NCBI GenBank assembly: GCA_051942165.1
Contig: JAVECS010000018.1
Span: 1 to 44,448, forward strand
DNA length: 44,448 nt
Direction: 5' to 3'
From: Circinaria calcarea
Taxonomy: Eukaryota
In this document: piece after piece, positions 35,801 through 44,448 of the stretch
Layout: each line of letters opens with the position of its first letter
Position numbering within the stretch: the stretch's first letter is position 1
Made by a program: the position numbers and the translations under genes
The notes under the pieces: generated by a model
The model's database searches: none
Told to the model about the DNA's origin: nothing
Seen by the model: the letters and a program-made list of their open reading frames with translations, nothing else

Positions 35801-38800
35801 GATAGAATATATCAGCAGAATGGCAAGATCCCTCAAAAAGGGGAATGATGGGTTCCAGCCCGTATCCGTTGCCCACGAAGATGGCCTCTCCGACATCAAG
35901 ATTGTTCTGTCTCTTGCGATCTACAATATCAGTATTACGCTATTACCTTCCCTCAAGTACGTGATCAAAGGACAGGCTGCAAAAAGTTCCTTAAGACAGG
36001 ACGCGACTCAAACGCAGAGGTTAATACTCGATTTCGACATAAAGGAGCATACCCAGGGTTTCGTCAATCAGATTCAGGAGATCAATCACAACATTTGCAT
36101 CTTACCTTTGCCACCCATAAATGGACAGTTAATCTTCAAAGATGTAAAAACCAGGAAGTCCATAGTGCTGTATGTGGCCATGGAAAGCACCGTTCTCCAT
36201 GCGTCGTCATTACAAGGGTTGATCTCAACATCAATGCAGTCTGAACTGTCCAACTTACAGAAGAGCATCGTTCGCGATGCAAAAATCGTCTCAATGCACT
36301 ACAAGAACGTGTTCGGAGCTTCCGACACGGCGGACGTGCCTAGCGAATTCCCGTCAGACAGTACAGTGCTCTATACTGCATATATCGCTGCAGCGGGTTT
36401 GACTGTAGAAGCTACTGCTAATGAATCAGTTGACCGCTCAGCCCGCATGCGGTTGGAGCTTGGCCTTATGAGTACGACGATTTCCAACCATCACTCACAA
36501 GATCGAGAAGTGCTCAAATTTGCTGAGGGAAGTTTTCGACTACGTGAAGTAAAGCTTCTATTAGATCGATCTACAGCTTCGGCAGATTATCCTTGTGGCA
36601 ATATTGTCTTCGCAATTTCATTTCGCGGAACATCGAGATTCAATGATACTGGCAAGCTTGTTCGCTCCTACGAACTTTACAGCAGTGACTTGGAGATCAA
36701 CCTATATACTGAGACAGCGTCAATGGTAGTAGGCCTTCTTGGCCAGTTACAGAAGAAGTTGAAAACTCTTGACCTGACCGAAGAGATTAAAAATTTGCGT
36801 GCACGGAGGCGCTTGAGAGTACGGCCTGCAGTTAACTCTCATTGGGATCTTGCAGACGACGCAGAAGATGATGTCCTCTCTAGCGATCTATTTACATCAA
36901 TGTATTCGCTTGAGATGAACGACATCCAGGTTAGTTGGAATATCGGAGACTCGCTCCCCATATCCCCAGGTCATGAGAGTGAAGACTTGGTACTGTCGAT
37001 TTCCAAAGTTGACCTTGCAACAAAGAAAAACAATGCAGCTCGGCTGATGATTCAGGACTTTCAGATCCAGATGGTTCCTAACTCCAAGCCAAAGAGGATC
37101 CGATCATTCAACTCTGCCCTCTTGCCTGAGGTGGTGTTCAACGTTGCGTATCTCTCAACAAAGAAGGATCGGAGGCTCGCCTTCCAGGCTGTTGGGAAAT
37201 CGCTAGACCTACGCCTTACATCAGAGTTCATTCTTCCTGCAAGTGACCTGCAGCGATCTATAGGCATTGCCAGCCAAGAGCTCAGGAAGGTAGTTGCTAA
37301 CTGGAATGCTACCCTACCCGAAGGCGATGAGCAAGATGCAAGAAGCATCCTTGGAAGCAAGAAGCTTTCTTCGATGTTGGTTGATGCCGAGTTTGGAGGG
37401 GCCGTGGTGTATATACAAGGCAAGAGAGTCTCAGACCCCGAGTTGATGGCGTTGAATGCACTGCATGGCGGGAGACTACCCCAACATGGTCGTTATGGCC
37501 AATTTACTCACCATGATGCCAGCAGCAGCACAACCCTACGCGCACCTGGTATTGCTTGGAAGATTGAGTACAAAGACCTCGGTGTCGAAGAGCCTTCCCT
37601 AGACGCCGAGATCAGAGTCAATGCCTCGACGAATACTTTATACCCCACAGTCGTCCCTCTGATCCTAGAGATCTCTTCTAGCGTGAAAGAAGTTGTGGGC
37701 GAGCCGCAGCAGACGCGACACACAGCTGGACCTCGATCCTCGCCGCCTAAGTTCCTCGATGATGAGAAGCTAAAAGCGGATCCAACAGCTATCTTGGGCA
37801 GGTGCAAGCTTAACCTAGGACTCAGGATTTGTCGCCAAGAGTTCAGTTTGAGCTGTCAGCCCATAGCCAGAGTTGCCGCAACAGCAAAACTCGAGGATAT
37901 CTACATAACCGTGAACACCGTGCAAGCTGCGGACCAGACTCGTTTCTTTGCAGTCTTTGCCTCGTTTGCTCAGTTGCAGGCATCCGTCCAGCACGTATAT
38001 TCTCGTGAATCCACCGGCAGCTTTGAAGTTGAGTCCATTGTCATGTCTTTGATGAACAGCAAGCATGTTAGCAATGCAAAGGGCCTCTCCGCGATCCTCA
38101 AGATCAGTCCCATGAAAGTCCAAATCAACGCCAAGCAGCTGCAGGATTTCTTACTGTTCCGAGAGATTTGGGTGCCTCCTGAAATGCGACATTCACCTGC
38201 AGCACCTGCTTCAACCCCACCGGCAGAAGCGCAAACATTCGTTGTGCAAAGATACCAACAGGTTGCTGCCGCTGGGGCCTTTCCGTGGAATGCGACCGTC
38301 TCCATCACCGAACTCGATGTACATCTGGATCTTGGCCAGTCGCTTGGGAAATCTCGATTTTCCATCACTAACTTTTGGGTGTCATCGAAGAAAAGCTCCG
38401 ATTGGGAGCAGAACTTGTGCCTTGGATTCGATAAAGTGGGAGTTGACAGTACCGGTCGGATGAGTGGCTTTGTTGAGTTGCAGAGCTTCAGAGTACGAAC
38501 ATCAATCAGATGGCCCGAGAGAGAGGAAGCCCATAACCAGACCCCCTTGGTCCAAGCATCTTTAGGGTTCGACGCATTACGCGTTAAAGCGGCGTTTGAT
38601 TATCAGGCTTTCCTTGTGGCTGATTTGTCCTCACTGGAATTCTTGATGTACAATGTGCGAGAAACCCGACACGCGAGCGGGGATCGATTAGTGTGTATCG
38701 TGGATGGTGACAAGGCCCAAGTTTTTTGTACCACCACCAGTGCAGCACAAGGACTGGCACTCTATCAAGCCGTCCAACGACTTATCCAAGAAAAGCAAAC

Positions 38801-39728
38801 GGCCTATGAGAACTCTTTGAAAGATATTGAAAAGTATCTCCGCCGATCCTCTACAGTTAACCCATTAGAGATGCATGCAGCAGCCAAACAGACAGCTAAA
38901 CCGGAGGAGGGAACTGCAAAAGCCCCGATTCAGCTACATACTAGCGTCGTTGTCACGTTCCAAGCAATCAACGTCGGGGCCTTTCCAAGCATGTTCTTTG
39001 ATAACCAGATCTTCAAGCTGGAAGCCCTGAACACATCGGCCCGATTCACCGTGGCCTTGGAGCAAGGCAAAGTCCATAGTGGCCTGGGTTTAACCATAGG
39101 GCAGCTTCGCATCGCCTTGTCGGGAGTCACCAAGCCCAACGTGCCGAAGACGCTAGGGGAAATATCGGTTGACGAGGTTGTCAAAAGCGCGACAAGTTCT
39201 CGGGGTGGAACAATCCTCAAGGTGCCCAAGGTCGTTGCCACGATGCAAACATGGCAAACGCCCGAGTCCAGCCGGATTGACTTCATCTTCAAGAGTGCTT
39301 TCGAAGGGAAAGTGGAGGTCGGCTGGAATTATTCGCGTATCAGCTTCATCCGGGGCATGTGGTCCAACCATTCGCGCTCCCTGGCCCAGCGCCTAGGGAA
39401 GCCTCTGCCGCAATCGGCCCTTCAGATCACTGGAGGACCACAGCCAGACGACGGGAGGGGCCCTCGGAGACCATCCGAGGGCGAAGAGGAGAAGATCACC
39501 GCCGTCGTGCATGTGCCGCAGTCGAAATATCACTACGTCGCGCTGGAGCCTCCCATCATCGAGACGCCGCAGCTCCGAGACATGGGCGAAGCTACGCCGC
39601 CGCTGGAATGGATTGGGTTGCACCGGGAGAGGCTACCGAACGTTACCCACCAGATCGTCATCGTCTCGCTGCTCGAGGTAGCCAAGGAGGTTGAAGATGC
39701 ATACTCTAGGATTCTAGGATCGTCATAG
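29888..39728 (+). CDS. CSF1: Csf1 / BLTP1 (Tweek) bridge-like lipid transfer protein (~3250 aa)
   Basis: Exons 29888-29940, 29995-30030, 30080-39728. N-terminal TM segment FDWVFLVELLGFGAVTLVFLFWFNRIFA; GLEWFVYNRSPAYD; YGPWADRQR; C-terminal IETPQLRDMGEATPPLEWIGLHR. Confidence 0.93.
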
Positions 39729-39998
39729 CACGACGGTCTAGGCGTTTTCGGACATTTTCGAGGGATTTTTCCGGGCCCAGGGCTTGTCCTACCTGGACTC
39801 TATGGCGTACGGAGGCGGTTAGGGTTTGGGGTATTCTGGTCAGTAAGCGTAGCCCCATACTCCACTGCATTGCGGATGGTGTTTGGATTTTGGGGTTCGT
39901 GGGTCTCTGTTTACCTAGGTAGATAGCCAAGCGATGAGCATAGTCATATCCATGTAAGACATCAATCAGATTTAATACAATCTCGCATTGTCCCTACT

Positions 39999-40100
39999 TG
40001 TGACTGATACTGCCAAGACACATGACACTGATAGATGTATCATCTCGCAGTGTCGGCCAAACACACGGTGAGTCACGTACTGGGGACGGTATTAGGGCTA
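39999..40100 (+). promoter_or_regulatory. Candidate EF-2 promoter motifs: TGTGACTG (39999-40006), TGAGTCA (40069-40075), TTAGGGCTA (40092-40100)
   Basis: Exact motif matches 390-490 bp upstream of the EF-2 ATG; function inferred. Confidence 0.5.
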
Positions 40101-40490
40101 GAAGCAGTACTTGTGTTATGACTGTGTCCTCGACCAAAGGTAACCCGGTCCGACTCGGTTACCGGGCTCGATTCGGGCCTAGCGTCTGATACGAAGCGTG
40201 AGCGGGGCAAAGCTACAATCTTAGCGCCGTCGCTTTCCAACCATCCCACATTTCACTCCCATTCTTCTGATATTTCTTCACCCGCGACAATTCTTCACAC
40301 TCTCCAACCTCGAAGATCCGAGACTCCTGCAGCCTCTCCATCTTCACTCTCCATCGTCGCAGTCCCCAACAGTTCCAGTGTCACACATTAGATCGAGCGA
40401 GCCCTCGATCTAGGCGGCTTCATTATCATCTCTCGAAAACCCTTTATACGCAGCAAAAGTTTCTAGAAGTTCGCAAACAACACCGCCAAG

Positions 40491-43408
40491 ATGGTCAAGT
40501 AAGTTCCTCTCGATCCTACGTCTATGGTCGTGGCTTTGCAGAGCAGGCAATGTTGGGCATGCGTTGAGTCCCTTGGATGAGAGCGCTGGTGGTGACGATG
40601 GAATATCCTCCAATAGCAGATTGCTGACATGGGTGACTTCTACAGCTTCACCGTCGAAGAGGTAAAACCTGACTTAGTTGAACAAAGCAACAACATGATG
40701 AGTATGGCTAACTCCGTGCAAGATTCGGGTCCTCATGGACAAGGCTGCCAACATCCGTAACATGTCGGTCATTGCCCATGGTCAGTGCAATGCCGGGTAA
40801 AAACATTATTTCCGCTATTTTGGCTAACCCTTTATCTCGATAAAGTCGACCATGGAAAGTCTACCCTCACGGATTCACTTGTTCAACGTGCTGGTATCAT
40901 CTCGGCGGCGAAAGCGGGCGAAGCTCGTTTCACAGATACCCGTCAGGATGAGCAGGATCGCTGCATCACCATCAAGTCTACAGCCATCTCTCTGTACGCT
41001 CATCTAGCGGATCCTGAGGATCTTAAGGACATTCCCCAAAAGGTCGATGGCAACGACTTTCTTATCAACCTAATCGATTCTCCTGGCCACGTCGATTTCT
41101 CTTCGGAGGTTACCGCCGCTCTTCGCGTAACGGATGGCGCCCTCGTTGTCGTGGATTGTGTCGAGGGTGTTTGCGTTCAAACCGAGACTGTACTCCGACA
41201 AGCCTTGAGTGAGCGAATCAAGCCCGTGGTAATTGTCAACAAGGTTGATCGGGCCTTACTTGAACTGCAAATCGAAAAGGAAGAGCTGTACCAATCGTTT
41301 TCGAGAACGATCGAGTCCGTCAATGTCATCATCTCCACATATTTCGACAAGGTACTTGGCGACCTTCAGGTGTACCCTAACAAGGGCACAGTTGCGTTTG
41401 GCTCCGGTCTTCACGGCTGGGCTTTCACCGTCCGCCAGTTCGCCAATCGATATGCAAAGAAGTTTGGTGTTGACAAGACCAAGATGGCTGAACGCCTATG
41501 GGTAAGGGCTGATTAGAGTACATGTTCCGGACAGCAAGCTGACGGCGTACTTCAGGGAGACAGTTACTTCAACCCCCATACTAAGAAATGGACCAAGGTC
41601 GGAGAACATGAAGGCAAGCCTCTTGAGCGATCTTTTAATCAATTCTGTCTGGACCCAATCTTCAAGTTATTCAAGGCGACCATGGCCTTTAAGAAAGACG
41701 AAGTCCAGAATCTACTCGGCAAGCTTGATATCAGGTTAAATGGTGAAGAGAAAGAATTGGAGGGCAAACCGCTGCTGAAGATTGTCATGCGAAAGTTCTT
41801 GCCTGCTGCTGACGCGCTCCTGGAGATGATGGTTCTTCACTTGCCATCGCCCGTCACTGCCCAGAAATACCGTGCCGAGACTCTATACGAGGGACCTCCG
41901 GATGATGAAGCGTGTATCGGTATTCGAGACTGCGATCCCAAGGCGCCTCTCATGTTGTACGTTTCCAAGATGGTGCCCACTTCCGATAAGGGTCGGTTTT
42001 ACGCTTTCGGTCGTGTCTTTGCTGGTACTGTCCGCTCAGGTCTTAAAGTGCGTATCCAAGGTCCCAACTACACGCCTGGTAAGAAGGAAGATTTGTTCAT
42101 CAAGGCCATTCAGCGTACCATTCTCATGATGGGTCGCTCCATCGAGCCTATTGAGGACGTCCCAGCTGGTAACATTCTTGGTCTGGTTGGTGTTGATCAG
42201 TTTCTACTGAAGTCGGGTACCTTGACAACTTCGGAGACCGCTCACAACCTCAAGGTTATGAAGTTCTCCGTCTCTCCTGTCGTGCAACGGTCCGTTGAAG
42301 TAAAGAATGCCAATGATCTGCCGAAGCTAGTGGAAGGGCTCAAGCGTCTATCAAAATCCGATCCGTGTGTGCTTACGTTCATCAACGAATCTGGCGAGCA
42401 TATTGTTGCCGGTGCCGGCGAGCTACATTTGGAGATTTGCTTGAAAGATCTTGAGGAAGACCATGCTGGCGTGCCTCTACGTATTTCAGATCCTGTGGTG
42501 TCCTATCGTGAATCAGTTGGCGGCAAATCTAGCATCACCGCACTATCAAAATCGCCCAATAAGCATAACCGACTGTACATGATCGCTGAACCTTTGGACG
42601 AGGACGTGTCAAAGGATATCGAGTCTGGCAAGATCAGTCCCCGTGATGATTTCAAAACTCGGGCTCGTGTCTTGGCTGATGAACACGGCTGGGATGTCAC
42701 CGACGCACGGAAGATTTGGTGTTTTGGCCCGGAGACCACCGGTGCCAACTTGCTCGTTGACCAAACGAAAGCGGTGCAATACTTGAATGAAATTAAGGAT
42801 TCTGTGGTTTCTGGTTTCCAGTGGGCCACAAAGGAAGGTCCCGTGGCGGAAGAACCTATGCGCTCTGTTCGCTTTAACATTATGGATGTTACCCTACATG
42901 CCGACGCCATTCACCGTGGTGGAGGACAGCTTATTCCCACAGCTCGTCGTGTCTTGTACGCCGCTGCTCTTCTTGCCGACCCAGGTATCCTCGAACCGAT
43001 CTACTTGGTTGAAATTCAGGTGCCGGAGCAGGCGATGGGTGGTATCTATGGTGTGCTCACCCGAAGGAGAGGTCACGTCTTCTCCGAAGAACAGCGCCCC
43101 GGAACCCCATTGTTCAACGTCAAGGCGTATCTTCCCGTTAACGAGTCCTTTGGCTTCACCGCTGATCTCCGCTCGCATACCGGTGGACAGGCATTCCCTC
43201 AATCAGTGTTTGATCATTGGCAGATTCTGCCCGGTGGCTCGCCTCTTGACCCAAGCACGAAACCCGGTCAGATTGTACAGACGATGCGAAAGAGGAAGGG
43301 TCTCAAGGAAGTTGTTCCGGGTGTTGAGAACGTAAGTAGTCTATACTGCTTTACCATAAGCTTGACCAGCGCTGACATCCTTACCCACAGTATTACGATA
43401 AGCTATAG
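40491..43408 (+). CDS. EFT2: Translation elongation factor 2 (eEF2)
   Basis: Exons 40491-40498, 40646-40661, 40723-40780, 40846-41501, 41556-43331, 43391-43408. [48 protein letters not shown]; diphthamide loop [13 protein letters not shown]; ends ENYYDKL*. Confidence 0.98.
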
Positions 43409-43899
43409 AGGGCATTTGTCATCTGCAATAGACCATCTCAAAGTGCATATTGACTGCATGATCAAAAGTTGCGTTCACTCTTGCGACTGTACTAGACCCG
43501 AAACGAAAAATCGCAAATGAACACTACGAGAGATGAATCGAGGTAGTCACGAAAGGGAGTTGGCATTGGGTTTGAGAGTCTTTTCTTTTTGAAGTTCAAT
43601 TTGCTCGGTTCCGAGCTTCGCATGTGCTACACGCATGTCATGTACGGTAGGAGAATAGAAAGTAAGAACTAGCGCATTGAATGATGATAACTTGATTGCG
43701 TGATGAATAAGTTTTTCTTATTTATAATTCTAGTAACAGCCCACTTATTCAACGTCCTGAGATATATACACTCTTAGGTTCTCTGAGATTCTCCTGTAAT
43801 ACTTTGAATGCCCTGAAATGAAGAACGAGCATATTCCTACTTTCAGCAATTTTCGCTTCATCACTCTATCGGCCCATCGGGCCGATAAAGTCAGATTAG

Positions 43900-44448
43900 G
43901 GTTCTCACCCACTATATCATTTTATTTGTCCTATCGACTCGAATTTCCGATTCCGGAAAGTTAACGAAATCCCCCCGGAGGGGGGGGGGATATAGAAGTT
44001 AGAGGATGGTTGATAGATGAGAGAAATCAAAAGGGGGAGGAAAAAAGGGGGAAAGGGGATAGACGAGGTTTTTAAAAACTAATTTTAAGAGGGGGAAAGG
44101 GAATAAAAACCCAAGGTAGCAGGTGGCATAATAAATAGCGGGGGAAAAAGGAGTTTCGTGTTTCGGGTCCTATTGTTCGAAATTCAAGCCGGGATTTTAA
44201 AATACTTTAAAAGGTTCGGATCGAGCGTTTGATGTTTAGAAAACGAGAATAAAGATGCGGGGAGGAAGGGAGGAGGAAAGTAAGCTAAAGGGCTGAATGA
44301 AATTAAAATTAAAATAGGGGTTGGAAAGGGGGCCTAAGTGGTAGGTATCAACAATTAGAAAGTTTCTGGTTAAAAGATTTTTATCCGCCCCTCACAAGGG
44401 ATTTTCTTTCTCCGCCAAATTGCTTGATTCCCGCCAATTTCTTCATTC
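43900..44448. repeat. AT- and purine-rich degenerate sequence, likely the edge of a repeat relic running off the window
   Basis: Poly-G at 43980-43989, A/G runs, many TAA/TTTTAA, no ORF >=60 aa; composition resembles 21070-22950. Confidence 0.35.

Noticed and set aside
39818..39831. TTAGGG telomere-like sequence
   Set aside because: Single unit in a 3' flank, not an array.
40499..40722. Intronic box C/D snoRNA in EF-2 introns 1-2
   Set aside because: Intron 1 has no canonical RUGAUGA and its CTGA is the branch site. Intron 2 has ATGATGA but no downstream D box and is only 61 nt.
43332..43520. Extended EF-2 C-terminus in the ORF track
   Set aside because: Read-through of a canonical GTAAGT..CTGAC..CAG intron; splicing gives the conserved YYDKL*.

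Overview
Eukaryotic, intron-containing DNA from a filamentous ascomycete (Pezizomycotina); finer taxonomy cannot be read from the sequence. Conserved genes: a head-to-head pair of myosin-motor chitin synthases (class V csmA on -, class VII csmB on +), a Whi5/Nrm1-family cell-cycle repressor (-), an Hfl1/TMEM184 membrane protein (-) divergent from a giant Csf1/BLTP1 lipid-transfer protein (+), and elongation factor 2 (+). Between csmB and the Whi5-like gene lies a ~9.5 kb accessory-looking block. It holds a TPP-dependent enzyme with unusual splicing (start codon split by an intron, plus a GC-AG intron), a secreted zincin-like protein lacking HEXXH, an intronless NmrA/isoflavone-reductase-like gene, and ~3.8 kb of decayed repeat or pseudogene sequence. 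Both window ends also look degenerate. Exon-intron models were built by hand from splice and branch motifs and frame continuity. I found no tRNA, rRNA or CRISPR, and no demonstrably new system. The best leads are the TPP-enzyme splicing switch, the zincin pseudo-enzyme and the promoter motifs.
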